Source: Eledone cirrhosa
Taxonomy: Eukaryota
Reading direction: 5' to 3'
NCBI GenBank assembly: GCA_964016885.1
Contig: OZ024742.1
Location: 355,694,001-355,758,000, forward strand
Length of the DNA: 64,000 nt
The position numbers and the translations under genes were made by a program. This document shows, piece after piece, positions 40,810-55,597 of this stretch. Under the pieces are notes generated by a model that searched no databases, was not told the origin of the DNA, and was given only the letters and a program-made list of their open reading frames with translations. Numbering within the stretch: position 1 is the first letter of the stretch; each line of letters opens with the position of its first letter.

Positions 40810-42663
40810 ATTTATATATATATATATATGTATATATATGATGGCCGCGCCCTCGTTATCGAGTATGGCCATTGCAGGATATACCATCATTAATAATTAT
40901 TAACTAATTCTATCGTGCAATGCCTGTGCGTGAAGATATTTGTTAAAGTTAGGAAAGACTGTGCACTAAGCCAGTCCCACTCTGTGTGTGTATGGGTGTG
41001 TGTGTGTGTATGTGTGTGTGTGGGGGGGGGGGGGATTCAAAGATCAAAAAGTACTAACAACAGAGGAGAACGCTACAATGCAATGATGATATTAGTTTAT
41101 TAGTTTAACACTTGATGTAGGAGGAAACACTTAGTAACTGTTCGGGCGTTGGTCTTCCATCAAACAATAAAATGAGAGATAAAAGAAAAACGTGTGGAAA
41201 TAAGAAGAGGAAGCAGTGGAGTTTATTTTCCGGCGGTGATGAACATGTTGTTTTATTCAGCCATTACATCAGCGTAATATCCCGACGAGATCTTCAATGC
41301 ATTACCACCCAATTAAAGTTGATAAATAACACCCAGGCCAGTACACTGGGCTGGCATCAGGTTTCCATCAGGGTTCTTTGCGTTCGAATTCCTGAGAGTG
41401 ATTAATATCGTATCGATGGCCAGATTCAATCATATGATCAAGAAACACTAATATAGTGTAGAGTTAAATCTGCATAGAGATAAAGGAGGATTGTGGATAT
41501 GTACTACTGCAATAGAATAAGCATGATTACTAATATAATTTAGACTTAAAGAAAACCCATTTATATATAAAACTAACAATATTGGTTGAAACCATTTCGC
41601 TTCAAATCCACAGTTAATATAATTGGAAAACCATGATATAAAGCCACAGAATTTATTTCGCGGCTTTCATTAGACATTATTTATCGAGTAGCTGGTTATT
41701 ATACACCTAGAGCCGTTCCATTCAACATGTTACACATTTTAGTGAGTTTACTTTTGACGTTTTACATTGTGTATTTTATTTTATATTTATTTTCGTGTCA
41801 AGTGAGATATGGAGGTTATGGTGACAGAATAAATAATACATTAATTGAATTCGTGCTGTCAAAAGATGGGGAACTTTTCTTTACTGGTGAACACAATTAT
41901 TTCGTCCAGATTTATTGTTGTCGAATCTTGGAAAAGCTTTTGATTTGAAATCTTTTTATGACAATGAGATTTCTAATAAAATGACTCTGCCATTCTATGG
42001 CATATATTAATTTTTTTTTTTGTCATATTATGGAAGTTACATAGACGTCACAAAGAAATGATCAGAAAATTCATTTTCTTCTTTATGACAAAATAATTCG
42101 AATTGATATGGCCAACGAGATGTCATGAATAATAATTAACGTTTAGTTTCGTTGGCGCCGCATCCCTTTCGCAGTTGACGTCTTTTTCTTGACCGAATGA
42201 AAATAATGCGTCATTTTCATATTAACGTAGAAAATAAGTGTTGAGGTTACAAGGCATTAAAGGAAAGGTAATCGAAGCTAAGTTAGAATGTATAATACAG
42301 TTACAAAAACTATTCATGCTGCAATTAATTGCAACACATGACGAGTTCCCGTGGTCAGAGGCCTTCCCTGCAACACATTTCTAAATTGAATACTACTTCT
42401 GAAATGTCTAAACCCAGATATTTTAGGAGTGGAAAAGATGATCTATATGTCGATACTATTGAATAAATCATACACTCACACATAAACACCCACACCCACA
42501 CATACACATACACACAAACACACACACACTTATAGGTACACACATACACACTCAAACACACATATATATATACAGATATACTCGTATGTACCTAAAATCC
42601 CGACCGCGGTGTCAAGCGGTTTGGGCTTGTGTTCAGCCAAAATGTATACCTATTTGCGTGTGT

Positions 42664-42840
42664 GCAGTGGATTGGCAGTATCTGTAGAGTGTCAGACACC
42701 ATGCTTTGCAGCTTAGAGTTATGTGTTCAATTCCCACCAAAGTTAACTTTCCCTTTCATCCTTTCGGGGTCGATAAAATGAAGCACAAGTAAAGCACTAG
42801 GGCAACTGCTGCCATTGTGCCAAAAGCAGAAGCAATTATG
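42664..42840 (+). mobile_element. Diverged tRNA-derived SINE
   Basis: TTGGCAGTATC head, GTTCAATTCCC, CCTTTCATCCTTTCGGGGTCGATAAAAT. Confidence 0.8.
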
Positions 42841-43475
42841 TGTGTCTGTGTGTCTGTGTCTGTGTGTCTGTGTGCGTGTGCTTCTGTGTGTTTATCTATT
42901 GCCTTCAGCAAGTTACGTAAATTCCTAAAATTATTTCGATTGGAATTTGAGAATAAGCTCGATCGCTTTCTCATACAAATTGTTTCTGATGAAAGCCAGC
43001 TTTGGGAAGTTTTATGGCATCAGTCAGATTTAACACCAAAATGAACGTTAATACCTTTTCGGCGAAAGAAAACTGGATTTCAGCTCAGAGACGAGAGGAC
43101 CAGAACACATACGCAGTTATTTAATCCGATTCACATTCATACATATATATGAATTAGGTATATTCAGCCACGTTCGCATTACCTGAAATTAGCAATTCCA
43201 GCCAATATTTCGCATCCGCTATATGCAAATGACCATTCCTGCAAATGTTCATCATCCAAAATCTGTAGTCACTGATGAGAGATTAATGAATCTTGAAATA
43301 GCGTTGTCTGTCATTCTCGATTGCTACTGTAGTATATGTGGAGATAAAAATAAACTTTTCGTTACGAAAAAATATAATTTCTTTGAAAGTGAGTTCCCAT
43401 ATGTTTATTGTATATAAACATGTAGCATATACCTCCGTATTAAGCTTAACACTCTCTTGGTGTCACTCATAATGT

Positions 43476-43514
<39 letters not shown>

Positions 43515-43531
43515 CGCACACACACATACAT

Positions 43532-43611
<80 letters not shown>

Positions 43612-43622
<11 letters not shown>

Positions 43623-44150
43623 CAAAGAGTTATATGGTTTGTTGATTATCATTCAACAAAGTTATTTTCATGACAGATTTGAAGCACTCTACATTATCTT
43701 TCTGGAGTATTATTAATATTACCAATATTAATAAATGGAAAATATCATTTATAATACCATATTTATTTTGTTATACGTATTTCAAGGTCACAAAGTTTTT
43801 GTGTGCTTTCATCAGATAAAATATATTTGGTGTTAAGATACTGATATAATTTAGCATAGTCTTAATAGTATAAGCTCGCTAACGGCAGTGAGGAAAAATT
43901 CAAATCACAAGTCATATAAGTTGACAAATGTACATTAGAACCAAAAAGGACCGTTATTATCGACGCTAGTAACATTTTGAAAATTATGTATTTATATTGG
44001 TCGTGTGGCGGTCTCTAGAGGGTGAAATAATTCTACACTAATATTTCACTAATATTTCACCGTTTTAACGACCACCACGCGACCAATAATAAATATGGTA
44101 TTATAAATGATATTTTGCATTTATTAATATTGTTAATATTAATGTTAATA
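43612..44150 (-). mobile_element. Family A relative with intact hammerhead 43764-43823 and short inverted pLTR (44088-44143)
   Basis: TATTTTAT CTGATGA AAGCACACAAA-AAC-TTTGTGACCTT GAAA TACGTA TA ACAAAATA. Confidence 0.8.
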
Positions 44151-44371
44151 TATAGATGTATATATTTGCAGCTGTGAACCGCTTGTGAAACCAATCGCCC
44201 TAAGAAACTCTGTTGAAATGAACTTACATCGTGAATTCCTTCGAATGAACTGGCTCAAACAATTCTGGATGAACACCTCCACAAGTACAAGAAATAAGTA
44301 CGTATACATACAAACGCGTAAACACACACACACAAGCACACATACCCCCCCCCCCCACATATATATATATA

Positions 44372-44730
44372 TATCCAGCGAGTGTAACTTGGAGTTACTG
44401 TAGGTTCACCCGGGTGAGCACTCGATGTTTACGTACACTTCTGTGTCGAGGTGTAGAGCTAGACAGAGTGTATTATAGTGAAATAAAATAACAAGGACGA
44501 TTGATTACACCTTCATTACGTTTATTGTTTGGTGCTGCGCGATTCGCCACTGATCAGCTCAAGGTTCGATCTGTATCGATCTATCCTGACTCAGTAATCC
44601 GCGGCTCATCAGACCCCTTAAAATGGTAATGGGAAAATGAATATACATGCCGATCAGTGGTAAAACTCGCATCACCAACATAAACGTAATGAAGGAGCAA
44701 GGAACCGTCCTTGTTGTTATCTTATTTTAT
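44372..44730 (-). mobile_element. Fold-back element, family D, with degenerate long-helix hammerhead; tail duplicated at 45083-45208
   Basis: CTGATGA GCC...GGC GAAT CGCG; arms about 44483-44557 and 44652-44730. Confidence 0.6.
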
Positions 44731-44814
44731 TATATATATACCCACTCTACGATCCTAAGTATTGAGTATTCTGGTGCATTATGGTCTATCTGGTTCCTTA
44801 CCACACTCCCTTCG

Positions 44815-44911
<97 letters not shown>

Positions 44912-45639
44912 TATATAGATATATAGATATATACAAGGGTGTGTATGATTGTGTATAGAAGATTATATTAATAAAAGGAATTCCAACTTTGTCTGATTTA
45001 CTCGTTTTATTTACAATCTTTTAAAATTTATAATTATATTATAATGAAGTAGTATGGTAGAATATTAAATGTTAAGTGTTAATATATCCAGCGAGTGTAA
45101 CTTGGAGTTACTGTAGGTTCACCCGGGTGAGCACTCGATGTTTACGTACACTTCTGTGTCGAGGTGTAGAGCTAGACAGAGTGTATTATAGTGAAATAAA
45201 ATAACAAGTACTTTCATGCTTTCGCAATCTTCAGGTTCACATTCTGTGGTGACAATCAAGTTTGCAATTTTCAACTGTAATGGGATGGGTAAATGGTGTG
45301 CCTTATATACAGTGAAAAGCGGCTACAGAATCCTAAATTCTGCAAACTGTATTTCTACCAATCGGTGTGTAGTTTCACTGGATTACTAAAGCTGATTGGT
45401 TTAGGCGTCACGATTGTTTGAGCATGTCTGACGACTAGTATTTGACCCTATCCAATGCATCAATTGTTTTGCTATTTTTTAGAAATGATGAAAATAGCAT
45501 TTTCTACGAATCATCACCATCAACATCACTTTTATTATTATTAATTTTGTTGTTGTTGTTGTTAGTGATCATAGTCATAGTCATAGTAAGATTAATACCC
45601 CATTATTATTGTTCATGTAGCTTGCGTTGAAATTTATCA

Positions 45640-46535
45640 ATAACATTCTTTTATTTTATTTTTCTCTTGACTTCACTTGGGCTGTATAGGGTCCAGAGTA
45701 TCTAGAGATTCTGTCCAGATGATGAAACAGTCGTCAAGGTATCTCTTCCAAGATGTTTCAATGTATTTTCTAAAGTCAGTGCTATATTTGTTCTCTATTT
45801 CTTGCTAGAGTTGTTGCTCTAAGTATACCATTACAGAGTTCGTGTAAACGGGAGGAAACTTCGTTCCCATCGGTGCGCCTCTAATTTGGATGTAATTATT
45901 TCCATTGAAGAATAAAGTGTTGTTTTCCTGAATAAGTTTGACTACGTCTAATATAAATGGCGCTGTGAATCTGGTGGGAGTCACTTCTCTATGTTTTTCC
46001 ACCCAGTATTTAACCGCCTTTATTCCTAAATCCTGTGTAATGTTGGTAAAAACTATGTAGAAGTGAACTCGTTTCCGTGGTTTTGGGAAGATGGGACAGA
46101 AAGTCGATATAATCCCGTATGAAACTGGGTATGTGAATACATAGTGGTTTCAAAATAACATCAACAAAATTGATTAGACGGTGGGTAGGGCTTGTTGGGC
46201 AAGCTATAATAGGTCTAAGTTAGTCTGCTGGGTGTAGTAATTTAATGTACTCACTGTTTTGTTCTTTTACTGCCAGTTATATTTCTTTTGACTTATAAAC
46301 TGTCGATAGGCCATACATGTTGCTGGGTTCTGGTTCAAAATTGGTGATGTAGTCTCTTTCCTTATCATTAAGTGAATTGTGGTATTTTGAAACCAGGTTG
46401 TTGATCTTCTTCATGATGTTGAGGTCTATATTTGACGGTATTTCATGATAGAATGCTGTGTTTTTCAGTTGCTCCTCAACCAAATCTTTGTAGTATTCAG
46501 CATCCATTATAACAACTGCAAATGAAATTGCTTTT
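45640..46535 (-). pseudogene. PLE reverse transcriptase fragment (non-Naiad type)
   Basis: VVIMD, MYGL, LRPII, QIRGAPMGTKF.P.Y.N, WKRYLDDCF. Confidence 0.85.
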
Positions 46536-46536
46536 A

Positions 46537-46601
<65 letters not shown>

Positions 46602-46606
46602 CTTTA

Positions 46607-46671
<65 letters not shown>

Positions 46672-46675
<4 letters not shown>

Positions 46676-48210
46676 ACTGAAATTCACACCAACACCACAA
46701 TACTCCAACCTCAATGCGATAAATGACGATAACTCACACTTCTATAAAAAATTACGTCTCACAGAGGAATTCTTTGACAAGGAGAATTACGACGAATCAA
46801 TTGTACGGAATAAAAGCAGTTACAACCCAACAAAATGTAGAAACAGTTTTCTGGACAAATTTTGTGACCACATAGCTACTTTCCCATACCATGAAATACC
46901 GCACGCTAAACCAAAACCCAACACGAGTCGAAGGGAATGGGAGATTATCCATGAACTAAAAAACAATACGGACATTATAATTAAGGAAGCGGCCAAGGGA
47001 AGTACTGTTGTCATTATGGATGCTGAAAAATGTAAAAATTCTATGCTTTCTCTATTACAAAATACTAATTACTATGAAAGAGTAAAAAAACTACCAGCAA
47101 TCAAAAACAATGACCAGATTAAACACACTGATGTGTCGATACTAGGAAGACTTAACTCAAAAGGAACGCTATTATTTAACAAATTTTGAATACAAAACCA
47201 GCAAACTTTACGGACTTCAGAAGATCCCCAAGTGTAAAATAATCCACCTCAGCCTGCGTGAAGACACAATACCACACAGACCTTTAATTAAGACCAATTG
47301 TAGCGGACGCACAATGTGAAACACACAGGATGAGCAACTTTATAGACATACTACTAAAGCCAATTCTGAAACACATACCAAGCCTTGTAAGAGACGATAT
47401 GGACATCTTAAACCACCTCCCCAAACATGTCAACAACGACACTAGTATTGTGTCTTTCGATGTAGTGAATCTCTACACAACAATCCCACACCAATCCGGA
47501 CTAGAAGCAATAGGATTCTGGCTAGAGAAATATCCCAATGAGATATCTGGCAATAGGCAATGATGAATTACGAAAACAGAAACAAATTCAAGATACGTCC
47601 AATATTCTATCATATATCTCAACACAACCCAAGAAATGCGGAAGCTTACAACACTATTCACAAGAACATCCCACTATTAAAACAAGACCCAAGAGTGAAA
47701 AAAAGCCCTTGAAACACACAAAATAATCAAAAGCAAAAGACAACCGAAATCACTGAAAACATTACTCACCAATGCCAAATTACCTAACACAAACCCACAA
47801 CCAACTGTCAAAAAATGTGGTCGCTCTAATTGTGGAACCTGCACTCACCTCATTGAAGGCAACACGTATAGATTTAAAGCAGGACAAAATGTTGCTGTAA
47901 AAAATCACTTCACTTGCTCATCAAAAAATCTACTTTATGCCATTAAATGTAAAGGATGCAATGAAGATTATATAGGACAAACTAAACTCACACTCAGAAA
48001 CAGTATGACAGTTCATCGCCAACAATTACAAGATCCAACCACAAGACAGATACCACTAAGCGCACATCTAGACATATGCGCAAGTAATAAGACAGCCAAA
48101 TTTCAAGTCTTCCCATTAAACCTTTGCGCTAACCATACAATATAACAAATACGAATAAATAAGGAAGATATGTTTATTCAAAAATATAGACCAGCATTAA
48201 ATATGGTTTA
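46672..48210 (+). pseudogene. Neptune-type PLE with internal deletion (RT N-half fused to Zn linker + GIY-YIG)
   Basis: [40 protein letters not shown], jump at about 47540, CGRSNCGTC, CSSKNLLYAIKC..C..YIGQT. Confidence 0.88.
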
Positions 48211-49429
48211 ATATACATTATGTCAACAGCATAACATGCTAACCATCCAAACAGACACATACACACACATAACACCTACTTTAGAAAATAAAAACCCGAA
48301 CTAAATAAACCTTAATAAACCTGAAAATACAACAGAACAAATGCGAATATGTAAGGAAAATATATTCATTCAAAAATATTCCTACTAAAGGAATCATTTT
48401 CCTACACACACACACACAATATATATATATTTTCTCTTCATCTTAACATGCTAACCATACTCCCACACACACATAACACCCATACACACACACAACCCCC
48501 CCCCACACACACACACATAATACCCATATACACACACACACAACTCCCTCCCCTATTTCTACTAATAGAATCATCTTCCAATACCCACACACACACACAA
48601 GCACACAAATAAACATACATATCTTTACCTTCTTAATTTCAATAGAAAATCTTAAATCTGGCACCCCAGCGAACTAACCATATTCACTGAACCAGAACAA
48701 TTCTCCCATCCTATTTCTCTTGACCATTATCTTTTGATTGTCATAAAATTCTCTAAAAAGGCTACAGAATAGATTTATAAATAAGGGCGCGAAATTTAAT
48801 GAAAACCTGTTCACGTGACAGTCATAATTTCATTTATAACCAATCAAATTACGTTTATTAAAAAAAAGCCTTTTTGAGCCTTTTTTTTAAGTAAAAAGAA
48901 ATTCAAACACTCATATCTGAAAAAAAACATCCTGAGTCCCCCCTCCCCACTTGTTTGAAGAACTTTGTAACGCGAACTGGCGCGAAATTTATTATAATTA
49001 TTGACCAACCAATCAAATTACTTCTCTAAAACCTGGCGTTTCGAGCCTTTTTTTTCAATATAAAACAAGTAACATTCAAAGACCAACCAGATGTGAGAAA
49101 AACTACTTTTGAAAAGCAGAAGAAATACGAGACCGGTAAAGGAACCAAATATATATATATATATATATATTTTAAATAAGACTCCAGTTGCATTTTCGAT
49201 TTCATCATTTTTTCTTTATAATTTCACTCGTGTAGGACACCTCGGTTATTTTTCATTTTGTAAAAAAAAACTCACTGTCTAATATATATATATATGTATA
49301 TACAGGGGAGTACGTGACTCTGATATAACGCCAGCCAGCGTGAAACAGACTGATAGCGTATGGTTCTTCTAAATGTTTTTTAATTAAACATATGGTATAA
49401 TGCCGAATATACTATACATACATTTATAT

Positions 49430-49870
49430 ATCTCTTCTTTGCCCACTTATTGCTGAAAGAATCGTAGTTGTAGAATCTTCAAACACTCGTTCAAGCGGGT
49501 CTTGTCAGAAGCAATCGCCTCCAACTGATTCGGCTGAAAACCCAAGGGAGTCCATCCAATGTCATGATCATTATGCAACCATCTTACTCGAAGTCTACCT
49601 CTCGGTCTCCTGCCGGCTGGTGTTGCCCAGAAAATCTGTCCACCGATTTTTTCCTGAGGCGTTCTAAACGCATGCCTATAGTATCGGAGCTGTAATCTCT
49701 CAATTCAGAGAAGTAGCAACTCTAAATGGAGTGACTCTCTGTTCTTCAAGCTATGCACTATATCAAGTAACATTACTCCAGAGCCCCTTCAGAGGAAACC
49801 CGTTTCGACTGCTTTTATTCTTAATCGTATATTGTCGGTCATTACCCAAGTTTCATGACCATAGGTAAGA
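49430..49870 (-). pseudogene. RTE-clade LINE 3' fragment
   Basis: IERLQLRYYRHA.R.P....GRRPRGR.R.RW on minus strand. Confidence 0.7.
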
Positions 49871-51088
49871 GTTGGCAGAAATACGGAGTTGAAGATTGTA
49901 AGTTTGGCTTTTTGCACCAACCTCCCTTCTTTTTGTGAGTGTAGCTAGCTGTGAGTGGCTGTGCTTGTGCGAGTGTGTATGTATATATCTGCATGTATGT
50001 ACATATAAGGAATCGGTTACACGTTACTAAGTACATGTAGATATAATTAAATCTTTATTTGATTTCTGATTATTTTAAGGGGTGACAATATCTCCCTAAT
50101 AGTTTCCCATGTATATCGCCACAGAGTTACCTACAGAGATACGTCTTCAACGAAGATTCAATTTCTGTTAGTAAATACTTTATTTAATATTGATTTCTTT
50201 TCTTAATTGAGGCCATTTAACCATCTCTCTATAAACGATGTTGGACAATCAAATCGTGTTGATGTAATTGTTGGACCTTCGACGATTTCGACGAGGCTTA
50301 TTCCATTTCTCTAAACAACAGAACAGACTGTTCCTGAAATTAGCGTGTAAATGGCTGTTTTCCACAGACACGTGTACTCCTAACGTAATTCCCATAGGGA
50401 CAGGTTGGATTTAGACCTTGATGCGCCCGGGACACTTCAGGTTTGGGAGGGGCACCTCATACAAAAAAATAGAATACAAAATAAAATTAGAATACACAGC
50501 ACACCCACCCCCAGATTAAGATCCCGAAGTTAGCTTAGCACAATTGGAATTGAAAAGTTATACATACAGGTTTTAAATTCAAAAGTTCTAACAACCCTAA
50601 ATCTAAAAGGCCCAGCTGAGTGCACAAAAAAATTGCCACGTCTGTCGCAGATGGGACCCTTACTGCAGGGAGCCCGAAGAGATTGCCATCTTTCCCCCCT
50701 CCCATTCAATCCGGCCTTGCATGAGGATTCAGCGTGGCATAGTGTGTGACAAGGCTAGCACTGGGGAAAAGAGGTACAACTTCTTATTGCTAGAGGATTG
50801 CCCTGAAGTGATGTGACATAAAATGTCTTTATCAGGTACTCTAAGCACTTCACAGGCCTGAATCGAATTCACTATCTTCTGATCATGGTCCCAGTACATT
50901 TACGACGAAGACACGTGTCTCCAAAATAGTAGCGAGCAATATATTAGCCAAAAATAACATTTCAATGGAATGTTTCCGGAACATCGTTTGAACACCGATT
51001 CGATTATTTGCATTTAAAACCCAATGCCACATTCCGTTCCACAAGATCTATTTGTCTCAAAACAAAAGAAGGCACTGTATGTATACAT

Positions 51089-51157
<69 letters not shown>

Positions 51158-51173
51158 TATATATGTATATATA

Positions 51174-51237
<64 letters not shown>

Positions 51238-51239
<2 letters not shown>

Positions 51240-51928
51240 CTACCAAGAGTTTACGGTAGTGTCCAATCCGTATGAAGAACTCAATGTAATCCGGATATCA
51301 TGGAAAGAAGAGATGCATTCAAAAATCACTTTCGGTGAAAGATAAACGGAATACAGAGTCAAGTTAAAGTATTAAAAAAATAATGAATAAAACAATGAAA
51401 CAGTTCCTTATATTAAACAAAAAAAGTTCATTATTTAACGATCGTTTCTAGGACATATATGTGTTAGAATTGGCATGCATATTCAACAGATCTATGTACA
51501 AAATTATACAAAATTATACAAACTATCAAATATAATATACATACCAACACATACATATGCCGTCTTTAGAAATAATGAAATATATTTATTGATAATAACA
51601 ACAATTCAAAGTTACAGGTCTGTTTGGGAACAGAGTTCAAATTGACCAGTGAAATACACAAAAATATATCAAGAAAATACAGTTAGGTGTGTGTATATAT
51701 GTAAGTAACTTCGTTCACAGATATGCATAAAAATATATGTTCACATGCATACGCATGTCGAAAAAATGTATGTAAATACAAACATTCAGAGCTAATGTCT
51801 CTGTATGTTTATAATCTACAGATAAAATACACATACGTATATAAACATATATACATTCATATATACACACATATACATACATTCACACACACACGCGCAT
51901 ATACACATAAACATACACATACCCACGA

Positions 51929-52010
<82 letters not shown>

Positions 52011-52235
52011 GTATATATTATTATTATAACTATATGGATATTAAGGCGCACACATAAACACTGCCACATATATTGTTACATCTACATGCAGAAGTAGGTA
52101 AATGGAGTCAGTAATTACTAAGTGTGTCAGAGAACTGCCTATTTATAAAATGTATCTATAAATTTAGAAATAAAAAGAAATATATTTAAAAAAATAAACA
52201 AGTAAAATATATACTCATACATAAAATACACACCG

Positions 52236-52318
<83 letters not shown>

Positions 52319-52745
52319 CATACATATACATATAGAGACACATACATATACATATATAAATACATAGACACACATACATACACACGTATATATACATATA
52401 TTCACGACACACATATATATATATATACACATATATGTACATACACATACACACATACATACATATACATATATACATACACACATATATATACACACAT
52501 ATATACACACATATATATATACATAGACACACATATATATACACACACACACATACATATGCGTATATATACACACACATACACATATCCATGTATGTAT
52601 ATACACATACAACCACACGCTCACACAACTCAGACATACATAAATAAAGATATATACATACACACATATACATATATATATATATATATATATAGTTATA
52701 TACATACACATAAATATATATACACACACACACACACATATACAT

Positions 52746-52796
<51 letters not shown>

Positions 52797-54656
52797 CACA
52801 CGCACACATACATATATCCATACACACATATATATACATAGACATATATATACACACATATATATACATATATATACATATATATATACATATATATACA
52901 TACATATATATATATATATACAATCATACACACTTATTTACATGCGCACATATGTATTTTTATACTCACATACAAACACCCAAACATACATACCTACTTA
53001 CATACACATACATACATCCAGGCTTACAAATACAAATAATTATAGGGCGGGGGGGGGGGGATTAAAATTATTAGTGAGAAATAGTAAATATAGGTTTCAA
53101 GGAACATAGAATATTAATCTGCATTTAGATCATAATATGTGTTTACATAGTAGTTTCAGTATTAGGAAATGTAAGAAAGAAGGCAAAATTATGCATTTTA
53201 ATATAAGTAGACTATTAATTATAGGTTAACTAAATTAAAATAGTTAATATATTGATTTCTAAGGTGTATACTACTTAGGTTTATAATATTTGAAGCGGGA
53301 CTTTGAAGTTAAACAGTAGCAGAGTATTAATTATAGCATAACTAAATTAAAAATATTAACATTATGGTATCAATATTAGGAAATTAATTTAGTAATAGGG
53401 AAAACCAAATCAAGTATTTCATCGGTAGTAGAATATAAATTATAGGTTAACTAAATTAAAAATGATATATTAATTTCTATAGTATATGTTAATTAGGTTT
53501 ATAATAATTAAAGCAGATTTTGTATTTTATCTATAGTAGAATATAATTATAGGTTAACAAAAATTAAAATTAATATTTAATTGTAAAGAATATTTTAATT
53601 AGGTATATATTTAAAAAATTATCTCAGTTTATGATTACATGATATTCTGCAATCCATCTGTATTAGAATTTTAATTTTAAGCTAATTAAATTAAAATTAT
53701 AGGTTAACTAAATTAAAATTAATTCATGAATAAATTTCTAAATTGTACATTAATTAGGTTTATAATATTAAAAAATATTTCTCTGTTATTGATTACACGA
53801 TATTTTGTTATATTTCATCTGTAAAGGAATTTTAATAAAAGGTTAAATAAACTAAAATTAATCTATAAATGAATTTACAAAGTATATATTAATTATGTTA
53901 ATAATATTTAAAAGTTTTTCACAATTTATGATTACACAATATTTTTTTAATCTCATCTGTAGTAGAATTTTAATTAAATTAAATTTATAGGTTAACTACA
54001 TTTAAATAAAATTATATATTAATTTCTAAAATATATATTATTAATTAGGTTTATAATATTTAAATGTTTTTCTCACGATATAATTAATTCCTGTCGCTTA
54101 TTTAATAGGATATCCTTAGATTTCATTATTTCAAATAGTTCTTGGGAACATAATCTACATTCATTTCTATTATTTTGATAAGGGGTGGCTCTTTTGAGCA
54201 CACTCCAGGTCATATCATATTCTATATTCTTATTTCTATAACTATTAATTTTTTCTGCTAGAGATGTTGAATTAGCCAGTGCGGCATTTTTAAAACTATG
54301 TTTGTGGGTATTAAATCTTACCTTAAAATTGGTAGAAGTAGCTCCTGTATATGAGCAAATAGAATCTTTAGTTTTAACTTTACATTAATAAACTATGTTG
54401 TTAACAAGACAATTTCCTTTTAATGGGCAGTTTACTTTGTTTCTACAGTTACAACCTTTCGTTAATTCTGTATTTGAGGAGATATTATGGTTAGTTTGAT
54501 GTATTGGTGGTATACTTATGGTATTTTTACATTTATATGCATTATAGGCACTTATATTTTGTTTTATGTTTTTGGTTGTTGAGTATGAGAATTTAACTGT
54601 TGACCTATTTAAGATTTGATGGTATTTGTGGTTTGGCGGGAAGTTTTTCTCTCGAG

Positions 54657-54704
<48 letters not shown>

Positions 54705-54929
54705 CGGTGTGTATTTTATGTATGAGTATATATTTTACTTGTTTATTATTTTTTATATATTTCTTTTTATTTCTAAATTTATAGATACATTTTATAAATA
54801 GGCAGTTCTCTGACACCCTTAGTAATTACTGACTCCCTTTACCTACTTCTGCATCTAGATGTAAAAATATATGTGGCAGTGTTTATGTGTGCGCCTTAAT
54901 ATCCATATAGTTATAATAATAATATATAC

Positions 54930-54961
<32 letters not shown>

Positions 54962-55525
54962 CTGTGTGTATGTTCGTGGGTATGTGTATGTTTATGTGTA
55001 TATGCGCGTGTGTGTGTGAATGTATGTATATGTGTGTATATATGAATGTATATATGTTTATATACGTATGTGTATTTTATCTGTAGATTATAAATATACA
55101 GAGACATTAGCCCTGAATTTTGTATTTACATACATTTTTTCGACATGCGTATGCATGTGAACATATATTTTTATGCATATCTGTGAACGAAGTTACTTAC
55201 ATATATACACACACCTAACTGTATTTTCTTGATATATTTTTGTGTATTTCATTGGTCAATTTGAACTCTGTTCCCAAACAGACCTGTAATTTTGAATTGT
55301 TGTTATTATCAATAAATATATTTCATTATTTCTGAAGACGGCATATGTATGTGTTGGTATGTATATTTGATAGTTTGTATAATTTTGTATAATTTTGTAC
55401 ATAGATCTGTTGAATATGCATGCCAATTCTAACACATATATGTCCTAGAAATGATCGTTAAATAATGAACTTTTTTTGTTTAATATAAGGAACTGTTTCA
55501 TTGTTTTATTCATTATTTTTTTAAT

Positions 55526-55531
<6 letters not shown>
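51238..55531 (-). mobile_element. 5'-truncated Naiad PLE (GIY-YIG 54085-54657) with 2.8-kb 3' UTR and about 870-bp inverted terminal duplication
   Basis: 51365-52245 is the reverse complement of 54695-55531; CNCRNKVNCPLKGNCL..NIVY, YTGAT..FKVRF..H, C.LC; tail 51238-51364. Confidence 0.85.
53200..54085. repeat. Degenerate AT-rich minisatellite (about 100-120 bp units)
   Basis: Recurring TATAGGTTAACTAAATTAAAA and TTAGGTTTATAAT motifs. Confidence 0.7.

Positions 55532-55592
<61 letters not shown>

Positions 55593-55597
<5 letters not shown>

Noticed and set aside
41100-43460. Host protein-coding exons in the apparently unique sequence
   Set aside because: Short ORFs with no recognisable domain or convincing paired splice sites; small exons cannot be excluded
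51430-51500. CTGTTGA...GAAACGATCGTT hammerhead candidate (also 17545-17635)
   Set aside because: Position and palindrome fit, but the core is altered and helices I/II pair poorly; unproven
53200-54085. CRISPR-like repeat-spacer pattern
   Set aside because: Units are degenerate and spacers are mutually similar; eukaryotic context with no cas genes
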